Shown: positions 51,151 through 62,080 of the stretch, piece by piece
Numbering within the stretch: position 1 is the first letter of the stretch
Layout: the number at the start of each line of letters is the position of its first letter
Source of the DNA: an uncultured Alphaproteobacteria bacterium
Lineage (GTDB): Bacteria > Pseudomonadota > Alphaproteobacteria > 43-37 > CAWALT01
Reading direction: 5' to 3'
NCBI GenBank assembly: GCA_963782975.1
Contig: CAWALT010000003.1
Location: forward strand, 589,805-653,804
Length of the DNA: 64,000 nucleotides
Made by a program: the position numbers and the translations under genes
Notes under the pieces: generated by a model
What the model saw: only the letters and a program-made list of their open reading frames with translations
What the model was told of the DNA's origin: nothing
Databases searched by the model: none

Positions 51151-52281
51151 ATGGCAAAAGATTACTATAGTTTACTTGGGGTCTCCCGTGGCGCTTCTTC
51201 CGATGAAATTAAAAAGAGCTTTCGAAAGCTGGCTCTTAAATATCATCCAGATCGAAACCCTGATGATAAAGAAGCAGAAAAAAAATTTAAAGAAATTAAT
51301 GAGGCCTACGAGGTCTTAAAAGACGAACAAAAGCGCGCGGCTTATGATCGATATGGGCATGACGCCTTTAAGCAAGGAGCTGGCGGCGGCGGCTTTCAAG
51401 GCTCCCATCAAGCGGGAGGTTTTCACGCCGATTTTACTGATATTTTTAGTGAAATGTTTGGCGATTTTATGGCGCGGGGTGCCCAAACACAATCTGCGTC
51501 TTTACGTGGCGCTGATCTTCGTTATGAGTTTACTACCACATTAGAAAAGGCTTTTTCTGGCGAACAAGCTGATATCAAGATATACGCCAACGCTTCTTGC
51601 CAGGTCTGTTCAGGAACAGGGTCGAAAGATGGTAAACTACCGGTTAAATGCTCCATGTGTCATGGCCAAGGCGTCGTTCGTTCTCAGCAAGGCTTCTTTA
51701 CGGTAGAGCGCACCTGTCCCTCCTGCCAGGGAGCGGGTCAGTCAATTGAACATCCGTGTCCCTCATGCCGGGGAGAGGGAAGAGTACGTCGAGAAAAAGT
51801 GCTCTCTGTTAAGATTCCTGCTGGCGTGGAAGATGGTATGCGTATTCGCGTCGCCGGAGAGGGCGAGTCTGGCATTCGTGGAGGACCAGCTGGCGATCTT
51901 TATCTCTTTGTCCATATAACCCCACATCGGTTATTCCAAAGGGAAGGAGCCGATTTGTATTGTGATGTGCCTATTAGCATGGCTGATGCCGCCCTTGGTG
52001 CGACCATTGAAGTACCGACGATTGAGGGATCACTGGCTAAGGTTACTATTCCTGAAGGAGTACAAACCGGCAAAAAACTTCGCCTAAAAGGAAAAGGGAT
52101 GCCGGTTATTAACCGCGGCGTACGGGGTGATATGTATATCCGCATTCGGGTCGAAACGCCGGTTAATCTGACATCACGCCAAAAAGAACTCTTAAAAGAA
52201 TTTACAGAAGAAAAAAATTCAAAAAGTACGAGTCCAGAATCGGAGGGATTTTTTAAAAAAATTCGGGACTTTTTTACGTGA
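51151..52281 (+). CDS. dnaJ: Chaperone DnaJ
   Basis: J domain (HPDRNP), a G/F region, and four CxxCxGxG zinc-finger repeats. Confidence 0.95.
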   Translation: MAKDYYSLLGVSRGASSDEIKKSFRKLALKYHPDRNPDDKEAEKKFKEINEAYEVLKDEQKRAAYDRYGHDAFKQGAGGGGFQGSHQAGGFHADFTDIFSEMFGDFMARGAQTQSASLRGADLRYEFTTTLEKAFSGEQADIKIYANASCQVCSGTGSKDGKLPVKCSMCHGQGVVRSQQGFFTVERTCPSCQGAGQSIEHPCPSCRGEGRVRREKVLSVKIPAGVEDGMRIRVAGEGESGIRGGPAGDLYLFVHITPHRLFQREGADLYCDVPISMADAALGATIEVPTIEGSLAKVTIPEGVQTGKKLRLKGKGMPVINRGVRGDMYIRIRVETPVNLTSRQKELLKEFTEEKNSKSTSPESEGFFKKIRDFFT

Positions 52282-52347
52282 CTAACGCCGAGAAGCCATC
52301 TATTAAGCAAAAGCAAGATAAATAAATTTCGCTCTTCTCTTAGCACA

Positions 52348-52376
52348 AAAAGCCCATGGGCTAAGGGGCTTTTTGT
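52348..52376 (+). terminator. Rho-independent terminator after dnaKJ
   Basis: aaaaagccc-(loop)-gggcttttt stem followed by a T-run. Confidence 0.5.
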
Positions 52377-52737
52377 ATTGATGGGACTTGCTGCTTTTTT
52401 CCTCTTAGCATGCTTGGCTTTTACCATCTACCTTCTAAGGAAGTTTTTTGGTTTTCTTCTTTCTTTTAACGTACCAAAAAATGGGAAAGTATAAGAATCC
52501 CTAGAGCATTTTCTTATCTTCTTTTTCTGCCCTTTCCCTTTTAACACCCTGCAGCGGCTAACATCCAACACCTACGAGAAAGCCGCCCATCTAGAAACCT
52601 AATGGACCTTTGCCATTTTTTAATTTTTACTTATTCGGTCGAGAAAGATTTTTTGCTCATGCAGGAACATAGATAAAGAAAGATTAAGGTTTCCTCGGTG
52701 GTAAAGGGGGGAGGGTGTACTCCTCCCCAAAATAATT

Positions 52738-53991
52738 TTACATGCCGAGTAACATCCGCTCAGGATCTTCGATCATTTCTTTAATACGCACTAAGAACGT
52801 AACAGCTTCCTTACCATCAATAACGCGGTGATCATAAGAAAGCGCGAGATACATCATTGAACGAATTTTTATCTCATCGCCTATCACCATGGGACGCTTT
52901 TGAATCTTGTGCATACCCAATATCCCTGATTGAGGAGGGTTTAAGATGGGGGTGGACATTAAAGACCCGTAAGTGCCCCCATTTGAAATCGTAAAGGTAC
53001 CTCCTGACATATCAGCAAGAGAGAGTTTTCCATCACGTGCTTTAAGAGCAAGATTCAAAATTTCTGCTTCTATTTCCGCAAAAGACATCTGATCAGCATT
53101 GCGAACGATAGGCACCACTAAACCTTGAGGCGTTCCAACAGCAACTCCAATATCACAAAAATGGTGGTAAACGATGTCGCTGCCTTCAATACGCGCATTA
53201 ACGGCCGGGATTTCTTTAAGAGCGACACAACAAGCCTTAACAAAGAAAGACATAAAACCGAGCTTAATGTCATATTTTTTTGCGAAATCATCCTTAAGAC
53301 GCTGACGCAAGTTCATTACCTGTGTCATATCTACTTCATTAAAAGTTGTAAGAATGGCGGCGGTATTCTGAGCATCTTTAAGACGCTCTGCAATACGCTG
53401 ACGCAGGCGTGACATCCGGACACGCTCTTCGCTCCGTTGACCTCTACCACCTGTCGGAAAAGGGGACACCTCAGCAGCCTTAGGCGAAGCAGGGGAACTG
53501 GCCGGCGCTTGCGCATGAGGCATAGGATTCTTCAAAAAGCTAAGAACATCTTCTTTCGTAATACGGCCATTTTTGCCTGTGCCTTTAATAAGATCGGGTG
53601 AGATATTATTCTCAGCAACCAGTTTCCTTACAGCTGGCGAGAGAACGTCACTTGATTCGCCAATTTCTTCTGTTTCTTGGCTCTCAAAAGAAGGTTGCGG
53701 GCTTTTAGGTGCGAGTGTTTCTGTTTTTTCTTTCTTGGGTGCAGAAGCTATGGCTCCTTCTTCTATTAAACCAAGCAGAGCCCCGACTTCCACCGTTGCC
53801 TCTTCTTGAAAATTGATTTCCTTTAATACACCGCTGGCTGGTGCGGCAACTTCTAATGTTACCTTGTCGGTCTCCAGCTCAACAAGTGGCTCATCAACAT
53901 TCACCGCCTCACCCACTTTTTTGATCCACCGAGCTATTGTTGCCTCTGTAACGGATTCTCCCATAGCGGGAACTCGAATTTCTATCGCCAT
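52738..53991 (-). CDS. sucB: Dihydrolipoyllysine-residue succinyltransferase (E2 of 2-oxoglutarate dehydrogenase)
   Basis: N-terminal lipoyl domain (ETDKV), an Ala/Pro-rich linker, and a catalytic domain with DHRVIDG. Confidence 0.85.
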   Translation of the reverse strand: MAIEIRVPAMGESVTEATIARWIKKVGEAVNVDEPLVELETDKVTLEVAAPASGVLKEINFQEEATVEVGALLGLIEEGAIASAPKKEKTETLAPKSPQPSFESQETEEIGESSDVLSPAVRKLVAENNISPDLIKGTGKNGRITKEDVLSFLKNPMPHAQAPASSPASPKAAEVSPFPTGGRGQRSEERVRMSRLRQRIAERLKDAQNTAAILTTFNEVDMTQVMNLRQRLKDDFAKKYDIKLGFMSFFVKACCVALKEIPAVNARIEGSDIVYHHFCDIGVAVGTPQGLVVPIVRNADQMSFAEIEAEILNLALKARDGKLSLADMSGGTFTISNGGTYGSLMSTPILNPPQSGILGMHKIQKRPMVIGDEIKIRSMMYLALSYDHRVIDGKEAVTFLVRIKEMIEDPERMLLGM

Positions 53992-54112
53992 AATTTATTC
54001 CTTGTCCTACATTAGTTTAAAATTATCCCCTGGGGGAGCATCAGAACCATCAAATCCTACCCTTGTTATACTTAATCTCAATCAAGTTGTCACCGTTGAA
54101 CTTGCCATTTTA

Positions 54113-55474
54113 TTAAGTTTTTTGACGAGGATTTTCTTGCAGCCCCGGGGAAAGGATCGGCTCTTCTTTTAAAAGGCGAATGCCTCTTTTCTTCTCTTGA
54201 AAGATTTGGTCAGCATATGGAGCTGTCAGTTTCACAAAAAGAATAATGCGCGTTTCCTCATCGTGGCGGTTGACAATAGCTCCATGACGATATAGCCAGG
54301 CAAGAGATTCGCCATCATGTATATCTACTTCAATCCATAGCGCCTGTTCCTGTTGGCCGAATATTTCATCGATTTTTCGGTAAAGCTCCTCACATCCATC
54401 GCCTTTAAGAGCCGAAATAATGACCGAGGAAGGATGAGAAGCTGCATAGCGTCTTACCTGGACTTGCCGTGCGACGTCCTCTATCGCATCCGACTTATTT
54501 AATACCTCAATATAACGATCCATTAAAGAGAGCTCGACCCCTAAATCTTTCAAGATAGCCTGAACGCTTTCATTATGTTCTTGATAGCATGGATGCGTCA
54601 TATCACGTACATTTAAGATCATATCGGCCTCGATCACTTCTTCCAGTGTCGCACGGAAAGCCGCGACCAAATGGGTAGGCAAGTGACTAATAAAGCCCAC
54701 TGTATCAGAGAGTATGACTTGACGCCCTGAAGGGAGAGTAATAAGCCGCATGGTAGGATCAAGCGTGGCAAACAGTAAATCTTTTGCCAAGACCTCAGCT
54801 CCTGTGAGACGATTAAAGAGTGTTGATTTTCCCGAATTAGTATAACCTACTAAGGCCACAATAGGGTAAGGAATACGTTTTCGTGCTTTACGATGAAGCT
54901 CACGCGTCTTAATGGCTTGTTGTAACTGTTTCTTTAGCCGAATAATTTGTTGATCGATAAGCCGACGATCTATTTCAAGCTGGGCCTCTCCCGGACCGCT
55001 CATCGCCCCACTTGCACCTCTCTGTCGTTCAAGGTGTGTCCAGGTACGAACCAAGCGACTGCGCTGATATGTTAAGGCGGCCAGCTTTACTTGTAAGCGG
55101 CCTTCGGCTGTGCGCGCACGTTTATTAAAGATTTCGAGAATAAGACCTGTACGATCAATTACTTTAACTTCAAGAAATTTTTCCAGGTTACGTTGTTGAG
55201 AAGGAGTAATATCGGTGTCAATATAAAGAAGATGACATTCTGTGTGGGCCATAAAATTTTTGGTCTCTTCCAACACTCCTGAACCAAGCAATGTGCCACT
55301 GTGGTATTTGACAAGAGGAATAGCACGCGCCTGTTCTACCTTTAAATCCATGGCTTGGGCAAGCCCAATCGCTTCCTCTAAGCGCCATGTTTCCATATCA
55401 CTTGAAGGACGCTCAACTTTTAAAAAAGGATGAAGGATAAAAACTGTTTCTTCTTTAACTTTCGTATCTTTCAA
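54113..55474 (-). CDS. hflX: GTPase HflX
   Basis: HflX N-domain followed by a G domain (GYTNSGKSTLFN, DTVGF, NKSD). 453 aa. Confidence 0.9.
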   Translation of the reverse strand: MKDTKVKEETVFILHPFLKVERPSSDMETWRLEEAIGLAQAMDLKVEQARAIPLVKYHSGTLLGSGVLEETKNFMAHTECHLLYIDTDITPSQQRNLEKFLEVKVIDRTGLILEIFNKRARTAEGRLQVKLAALTYQRSRLVRTWTHLERQRGASGAMSGPGEAQLEIDRRLIDQQIIRLKKQLQQAIKTRELHRKARKRIPYPIVALVGYTNSGKSTLFNRLTGAEVLAKDLLFATLDPTMRLITLPSGRQVILSDTVGFISHLPTHLVAAFRATLEEVIEADMILNVRDMTHPCYQEHNESVQAILKDLGVELSLMDRYIEVLNKSDAIEDVARQVQVRRYAASHPSSVIISALKGDGCEELYRKIDEIFGQQEQALWIEVDIHDGESLAWLYRHGAIVNRHDEETRIILFVKLTAPYADQIFQEKKRGIRLLKEEPILSPGLQENPRQKT

Positions 55475-55923
55475 ATAAAACTCCTTTGCTACTCCATAGT
55501 TTACCGCTTACTGATAAGAGAGTTTAAGCCACTGCGCTATTATTTCCTTAAACTTTTTATGGTCCTTGGTACAACGTATGCGTTCATGCGCAAAACCTCC
55601 CTTGCTTAAGGAAATAGATCAAGAAGGGCACAGAGGAGGGTAGGGCAACAATAAAATGAGATGACGCTAACAACACTACTACGAGCAATACAGGGGTAAA
55701 GATATTTTCTAGCACAATTAAGAGCGCTCTTCGCCTATCCAAGAGGATAATTTATACTACGAAAGCTTATAAAATACAAGGCTCATAAAATTTCTTGTTC
55801 TAACCTTTCAGGGGCCTTATCTGCTTTTAGCCTATCAAAAAAAGATGCCAATAATTTTACTTTTTTATATAAACTTAATTTTTTAATGTTAACAAAAGGA
55901 AGAGCTGTGTTAAAATTTTTTAG

Positions 55924-56706
55924 ATGCTTAAAATAAGGGAACCTTTGATGGCTAGCGTAAAAGATTTCAATAAATCCCAAGTTGTATTTGGAGTAATCTT
56001 AGGGATATCCATTATTATTTCAGCTTTTCTTATCTCAAATGCACTGGTAAAAATAAAGAATTCTCAGCAACGCTTTAGCGTGAAAGGGTATGCAGAACAA
56101 CCTGTTACCTCGGATTATGCTATATTAGACGGCTCTTTTTCTCGAACATCCCTTGACCTAAAGGAAGCTTTCAAGCAGCTTCACGAAGATAGAGAAAAGA
56201 TAAAAAATTTTCTTCTTAGGAATGGAATTACGGAGAAACAAATCACTTTCCGGCCACCTAGCTTTTATGCCCTCTACAAAACGGTTTCAGGAGCAGGCGG
56301 CTATTATGAAAAGACAAATGAGGTCGAAAGTTATAAGGCAACTCAAGAGTTCCAATGTGAATCAGACGATGTCTCACTCATAAGCAAGCTCTCTCAGTTA
56401 GTATTCGATCTAACAGAAGAGGGAGTTATTGCTCAGATGAACGCTCCCAAATACCTTATCACTCACCTCGACCAATTTAAATTGGACATCATTGGTACGG
56501 CTACGCAAAATGCCCAAAAACGTGCTGAGCAATTTGCGGCTCATACAGGAAAAAAGGTTGGATCGATCGTAAACGCCTCGCAAGGGATCTTTCAAATCAC
56601 ACAACCGATGTCAACTTCTACCGCTGACTACGGCATTTATGACACTTCTACTATTGAGAAGGTTATGAAGATAGTGGTAAGAGTTGAGTTCGCCATTGAA
56701 GATTAG
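55924..56706 (+). CDS. SIMPL-domain (DUF541) periplasmic/membrane protein
   Basis: N-terminal TM helix. The ~230-aa body is SIMPL-like (kinase-interacting SIMPL domain family). Confidence 0.55.
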   Translation: MLKIREPLMASVKDFNKSQVVFGVILGISIIISAFLISNALVKIKNSQQRFSVKGYAEQPVTSDYAILDGSFSRTSLDLKEAFKQLHEDREKIKNFLLRNGITEKQITFRPPSFYALYKTVSGAGGYYEKTNEVESYKATQEFQCESDDVSLISKLSQLVFDLTEEGVIAQMNAPKYLITHLDQFKLDIIGTATQNAQKRAEQFAAHTGKKVGSIVNASQGIFQITQPMSTSTADYGIYDTSTIEKVMKIVVRVEFAIED

Positions 56707-56747
56707 TCGTTATTGCCCTTAAATTTATCAACGAAACTTAGGTTTAT

Positions 56748-58028
56748 ATGCTCTCCCACGTCCCTAGATTTATTAAGGATATTGCAAGCTCTATTATAAA
56801 AGCTGGGGGACGCCCCTTGTTGGTGGGAGGGTGCGTTCGTGATATACTACTTGGCTTGGAGCCAAAGGATTGGGACCTCGAAGTGTATCATCTAGAGCCC
56901 CATGATCTTCTTTCTGTTTTAAGTCACTTTGGGGAAATCCTTAGTGTAGGGCAAGCCTTCGGTATTTGGAAGCTCAAAGGATATAACCTCGATATATCCT
57001 TGCCCCGCAAAGATAATAAGTCTGGGCGTGGGCATAGGGGATTTAGTGTGACCACATATCCCCACATGTCTTTTGAAGAAGCGTTTCGACGACGTGATGT
57101 AACAATTAACAGTATGGGTCTTGATCTTAAGACAGAGACGCTTATAGATCCATATAATGGTAAGCGTGATCTTGAGCAAAAAGTGTTACGAGCGACAGAT
57201 CCTAAGCATTTTTCGGAAGATCCTTTGAGGGGACTGCGAGTTGCGCAGCTGGCAGCGCGTTTTAGGATGACTGTCGATCCCTTCCTCGTCAATATATGTT
57301 CAACGCTTAACCTTGCTGAACTTCCCGGAGAAAGGCTGCTTGGGGAAATTTCAAAGCTTTTACTTAAAGGCGTTAAGCCCTCTCTAGGCTTTGATTTCCT
57401 TAAAAATTCGCAGCTAATCCTTTTTTTCCCTAGCCTTGATTCCGTTATAAAACAGGGAGCTTGGGACGTTTTCTTAGATAGAATTGACCAAGCTGCACAA
57501 AAGCGTAAAGAGGCTGGGCCGGAGCCATTCGTATACATGCTAAGTATAGTAGGGCATTATATGCCAACGCCTGAGGCAACAGGCGTCCAAGGAATACGAT
57601 CCTTTCTAACGCAAATAAAAGTTAGCCAGCAGGTTTATGCGAAAGTCTCAAAACTTGTCTCATTTCTTAAAGAAGGAGTGCCTTTCCCCTCGTTACCTAT
57701 GCGCCCGCATCTTAATCAACAAGCACGTTCCTTATCAAAGAACTCTCTTACTTTGAAACTTTATTTTTTGGCTCTGTCTACGCTTTTCCCTGATAAAAAA
57801 AGCGACATTGATAAATGGCGACATGAAGCAGAAAAGCTTAATATAGTGACAAACCCACCCGTTGATAAGGTCACGGGCGAGCATCTATTAGCCAGGAATA
57901 TCCCCCCTGGGAAAAGTTATGGAGTTATCCTTGAAAAATGCCGAAAACTGCAAGACATGAGTGATCTCACTCATCCTGAAGAGATTTTGGAAGAAGTCTT
58001 AGTGCACCAGGGAAAGGAAGTAGATTAA
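56748..58028 (+). CDS. cca: tRNA nucleotidyltransferase / poly(A) polymerase family (CCA-adding enzyme)
   Basis: N-terminal nucleotidyltransferase head (LLVGGCVRDILLG...DWD) followed by a helical body. 426 aa. Confidence 0.75.
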   Translation: MLSHVPRFIKDIASSIIKAGGRPLLVGGCVRDILLGLEPKDWDLEVYHLEPHDLLSVLSHFGEILSVGQAFGIWKLKGYNLDISLPRKDNKSGRGHRGFSVTTYPHMSFEEAFRRRDVTINSMGLDLKTETLIDPYNGKRDLEQKVLRATDPKHFSEDPLRGLRVAQLAARFRMTVDPFLVNICSTLNLAELPGERLLGEISKLLLKGVKPSLGFDFLKNSQLILFFPSLDSVIKQGAWDVFLDRIDQAAQKRKEAGPEPFVYMLSIVGHYMPTPEATGVQGIRSFLTQIKVSQQVYAKVSKLVSFLKEGVPFPSLPMRPHLNQQARSLSKNSLTLKLYFLALSTLFPDKKSDIDKWRHEAEKLNIVTNPPVDKVTGEHLLARNIPPGKSYGVILEKCRKLQDMSDLTHPEEILEEVLVHQGKEVD

Positions 58029-58324
58029 AGAGATAACTAAGGGCAAACTTTTATTTTCCTCAAAAAAGATAAATAATAGAATACTCTTTATATATTTCTC
58101 CCATCTTCCCTTAAACATTAGAATAACCCTATCGAGGAACGCATAGAGGCTAAGAACGATTTATGTGCCCTTGTATACGGTTCATAAAGAAGCGCAGACT
58201 TAAAAGGAGTTTGCCGAAAAGGAAAATCTTTATAAGAAGAAAAATAAAAATAAAAAAATAGCCTGATATGGATAATTTTCCTTGATCCTATAATCTAAAT
58301 TGTTTAGCTTTGGAAAATAGATCA

Positions 58325-58401
58325 GCGCCCGTAGCTCAATTGGATAGAGCGTCAGACTACGGATCTGAAGGTTAGGGGTTCGACTCCTCTCGGGCGCGCC
58401 A
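58325..58401 (+). tRNA. tRNA-Arg (anticodon ACG)
   Basis: Acceptor stem gcgcccg/cgggcgc. The anticodon loop ctACGga gives ACG. T-arm ggttcgactcc, then CCA. Confidence 0.85.
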
Positions 58402-58441
58402 CGATTCTATGTGTGTCTTAGTTTTATAGGTATGTTCCTGA

Positions 58442-58479
58442 CCCTGGAAGGCGGTTCTCCCCTTCCAGGGTTTTTTTTA
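58442..58479 (+). terminator. Rho-independent terminator
   Basis: Perfect 10-bp stem ccctggaagg / ccttccaggg with a 9-nt loop, followed by T8. Confidence 0.7.
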
Positions 58480-58521
58480 CATTCTAACACTTGCTCGTTT
58501 ATGGGTTTTTTCGCCTAACAC

Positions 58522-58790
58522 CTATAAAGGTTTGGTATCTTCTGTTTCTTCGCCACTCAATTTTAATGGAAGGCGCGAGGTCCTGCTCGGAAACATAAGT
58601 GGCAAGACCCCCGTTCCGATAAGATTAGAGCGGTGAATGTGTTCGAAGCTCTCTGCCATGACTGCCAAGAAGCCTTGTCCCTTTAGCTGTCCAGTCGCGG
58701 GAGGAACCTGTGCCATATTCTTTTCCTTCAATAACGACAAGGGAAATCTGCCGTTCTTTATAAGCCATAGCAGCCCCTAACGAGTCCGAT
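58522..58790 (-). pseudogene. Fragment of aconitase C-terminus (diverged partial copy of acnA)
   Basis: Minus-strand translation ...[12 protein letters not shown]...[40 protein letters not shown] is about 85% identical to AcnA residues ...[12 protein letters not shown]...[40 protein letters not shown]. It has frameshifts. Confidence 0.7.
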
Positions 58791-59015
58791 ATGTTCTTAA
58801 ATGTACGTGATATGACGCATCCATGCTATCAAGAACATAATGAAAGCGTTCAGGCTATCTTGAAAGATTTAGGGGTCGAGCTCTCTTTAATGGATCGTTA
58901 TATTGAGGTATTAAATAAGTCGGATGCGATAGAGGACGTCGCACGGCAAGTCCAGGTAAGACGCTATGCAGCTTCTCATCCTTCCTCGGTCATTATTCGG
59001 CTCTTAAAGGGGATA
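58791..59015 (+). pseudogene. Fragment of hflX (near-identical inverted partial copy)
   Basis: About 210 bp essentially identical to the reverse complement of hflX at about 54475-54690 (encoding [65 protein letters not shown]). Beyond that it carries a 1-nt deletion and then diverges. Confidence 0.8.
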
Positions 59016-59266
59016 GACATCTCTTCTCCCTATTAACCTGGAGGTTATCTTTGCCCGAGGAAACTTCGTAGCAAGAGATACATCCTCCCTTTAGCAGCCA
59101 ATGAAGGACTCCGCTTAGCTCATTATTTTCCGAGCATCAAACGTGATTCTTACCTGTCACATTGGTATCGGCGAGAAGGGGGCCAACGACCAAACCGCCA
59201 CCTTAAGTCAAAAACATTTTGCCAGCTTGTCTATTCTTTTGAATCTGCCAAGTAGCTCCTTCATCT

Positions 59267-60328
59267 TTATGAGTGTTGCTTTCTTTTTCTCTGCCAAGTT
59301 TTTATCCAGCGAACCAACGTCTCAACGAAAGGTTCTTCATCATTTAGGCAAGGGATAAGTGTATACTCTTGACCACCCGCATTAAGAAAAATCTCCTTAC
59401 CCCGTAAGCCCATCTCCTCAAGCGTTTCCAAACAATCGGCGACGAAGGCAGGGCAAATAACCCGCAGGCGTTTTACACCCTTTCGAGGAAGTTCACGAAG
59501 GACGTGGTCCGTATAAGGTGTCAGCCACTTAGCCCGCCCTAAGCGTGATTGGAAAGCTAAGGAATATTTATGAGAGGGAAGGTCCAGAATTCTTGCGAGT
59601 TCAAACGTTGTACGCCTAATATGAAAACGATAACACGTTTTATGAGCAAGATTTGGCTGAGCACAACAGTGCTCCTTTAAAAGACAATGCGCGCGCGTAG
59701 GATCCGCTTTTTTAAGGTGATGTTCGGGCAGCCCATGATAACTAAATAATAAGTGATCAAAATCATCCTCCAAGAAGGGCCGAGCTACTTGAGCAAGAGC
59801 CTTAATATAAGCTTGGTCGTCATAAAAAGGAGAGTGAAAATCCACCTTTACCTTTAGACGTCGGGAAGCAATAATCCTTTTGACTTCTTCAACCGTAGTG
59901 GTGACGGTCGACATCGCATAATGAGGGTAGAGAGGTATAACATACAGAGAATCAATGTGATAAGTATTTACTAATGCCAAGATACTCGCTTCAATCGACG
60001 GTTGACCGTAACGCATTCCTAATTCGATAGGGATGGAAAGCCGCTGGCTAACCTTATGTAAAAGATTCTGGCTGTTGATTAAGAGAGGGGAACCAGCCTC
60101 CTGCCAGATAGCCTGATAGGCCTTCGATGTACTCTTGGGCCGAAAAGGTATAATAACCCCATAGACAAAAAATGCACGAAGTAACCAAGGCAGGTCTATT
60201 ACATAAGGGTCCATTAAAAATTGCTTAAGATAAGCCCGAATATCTTTGACGTCAGGCGATGCAGGGGAGCCTAAATTGGTTAAAAGTACCCCAAATTTTT
60301 TACCCATTCGTTGTGTGGCCCCCCTCAT
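59267..60328 (-). CDS. hemH: Ferrochelatase
   Basis: N-terminal LLTNLGSP motif and conserved His/Glu active-site regions. 353 aa. Confidence 0.85.
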   Translation of the reverse strand: MRGATQRMGKKFGVLLTNLGSPASPDVKDIRAYLKQFLMDPYVIDLPWLLRAFFVYGVIIPFRPKSTSKAYQAIWQEAGSPLLINSQNLLHKVSQRLSIPIELGMRYGQPSIEASILALVNTYHIDSLYVIPLYPHYAMSTVTTTVEEVKRIIASRRLKVKVDFHSPFYDDQAYIKALAQVARPFLEDDFDHLLFSYHGLPEHHLKKADPTRAHCLLKEHCCAQPNLAHKTCYRFHIRRTTFELARILDLPSHKYSLAFQSRLGRAKWLTPYTDHVLRELPRKGVKRLRVICPAFVADCLETLEEMGLRGKEIFLNAGGQEYTLIPCLNDEEPFVETLVRWIKTWQRKRKQHS

Positions 60329-60337
60329 TTCTAGCGC

Positions 60338-60838
60338 CTAGTCAATAATCGTTAATTCCCTTAAAGGGATCTTATCAAGAAATAATAAGATTAAAGTAAT
60401 TATTAAAGAAAACACAACCACAAATGTAAGATATGAACGCAAGGTAGTAAACCAATCAGGAGTTCCTAAATTCTGCGTTATGTACATATCAATAACCCAT
60501 TGGAGGAAGAAAGCCATAGCCATTAAGGCCACCCAGTACGTGGGAGTATAGATAAAAAAGAGTCCCCAACAGGTTAAAGCAATAATATTGCCAAAAATAA
60601 AGAGATTTGCACTCAAGCGGTTTGCCATTAGGGAAGGCTTATGCATCATAGAAATTCCCCATTGGACACCACTCGTAAAGCTTAAAGTAACAATTCCAAA
60701 TATCTTCAAAATGAGCATCCACCTAAGTGTTTGAGGCATAAGAATCGATCCGATAGGGCAGACAACAAATGGAATAAGCCCTAATGTGCCGAGAATAAAA
60801 GGTAACATAGGGATAGGTATATCTTGTTTTTTCGTCAC
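60338..60838 (-). CDS. Small integral membrane protein (about 5 TM helices), unknown function
   Basis: 166-aa hydrophobic protein directly upstream of hemH on the same strand. Confidence 0.4.
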   Translation of the reverse strand: MTKKQDIPIPMLPFILGTLGLIPFVVCPIGSILMPQTLRWMLILKIFGIVTLSFTSGVQWGISMMHKPSLMANRLSANLFIFGNIIALTCWGLFFIYTPTYWVALMAMAFFLQWVIDMYITQNLGTPDWFTTLRSYLTFVVVFSLIITLILLFLDKIPLRELTIID

Positions 60839-61260
60839 TTTAACACCTCTTTTGTTTCCTATATCTTATAAGGTGCATTATACACAAACAGCATTTTAAA
60901 ATAAAGAGCAGAAAATTTTATATAAAAATTTTATTAGATATTTAAAAAATGGTAATCGAATATTTATATAAGCAGGCATTCTTAGTGCATAGTTTTTTTG
61001 TTAGAGAATAAGGGTATAGGGTATAATTTATTAGAAGATGGAGCGCTTGATTAGAGGTAGGCGCTAGAGAAATTATTGATGATGAGCTACCTAATAGAGT
61101 GAGGGAGTGGAGTAATGAAAATGAGACTCAAATGACCTCTGTTAAGCTTATAGTATACGAGCATCAGACAAGAAAGTCTTAATTAGAGCAGGGGTGCCAG
61201 GTACTTATACATCTTGCTTAATTTGCCCGCATTTTTTTAGTATATTTGCCATAAATTCTT

Positions 61261-61626
61261 TTATTTCCTCGATATTCCATCATAGTATCTCTTTAGCATT
61301 TTATCGATTTCTCCATAAAAACATTTGCTAAAGCCCTCCGGCCCTTCAGAATGAAGCCCAATATATTCTTTCTCTACAGCCAATCTTGCCATCTCAGACC
61401 TATAATCCTTATTGACAGGCTCTTTCGCAAGATCCATTTCATAAACTATAAAAATGCCCGAATAAAAATTGGGAGAATAAGATTGGCTAACGGAGTGACC
61501 ATAAAGCTTTATCATTATATCATCGGGATTAAACATTTGCTTGTAACGCACTTTTCCATTGCGAAATGACTCAATCTCAATAACACCTCCATAACCACGA
61601 TCGCCCGGTGGCAATCTCTCCTTCAT
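61261..61626 (-). CDS. Hypothetical protein
   Basis: 121-aa ORF. An ATGA overlap with the upstream 72-aa ORF (61623..61841) suggests translational coupling, or a frameshift within one gene. No recognisable domain. Confidence 0.3.
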   Translation of the reverse strand: MKERLPPGDRGYGGVIEIESFRNGKVRYKQMFNPDDIMIKLYGHSVSQSYSPNFYSGIFIVYEMDLAKEPVNKDYRSEMARLAVEKEYIGLHSEGPEGFSKCFYGEIDKMLKRYYDGISRK

Positions 61627-61841
61627 TGAAGATCATATCCACCTTGGCGTTTTAAGACACCAAGATAGTGGATACAATATCTTCTTTCATACACGTTGAA
61701 AGATAGATAGGCATAATGTGAACCACCTCCAAAAAATAGTGCTAACACATCGGGGGTGAAGAGGTTTGTCCTTATATTTGTCATTATAGATGAGCTCCCT
61801 CGGAAAGGGTGACTTATTACCTTTCCTATGCACAGCTTCAT
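61623..61841 (-). CDS. Hypothetical protein (coupled to 61261..61626)
   Basis: 72-aa ORF. See the previous feature. Confidence 0.25.
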   Translation of the reverse strand: MKLCIGKVISHPFRGSSSIMTNIRTNLFTPDVLALFFGGGSHYAYLSFNVYERRYCIHYLGVLKRQGGYDLQ

Positions 61842-62080
61842 GACCTTCCTTTTTTGCGGTGCTTTCTAAGGATTTTTTTACTTGTGAGGCTTGAGCTAAG
61901 TAAGAAAAAAAAGCGCTAAATAACATTAACAATAACGACCTAACCCTATAAGGTTGGTAAAATTCATTCTATGAGTCATTCGAGAAATCCTGTCTTTGCT
62001 TAGCACCCTCGAGATTTATTCTTTTTTTAATACGACAACGCTCAAAATCTTCCTTCCAGAAACTCTTGCTCTTTTTAGGC

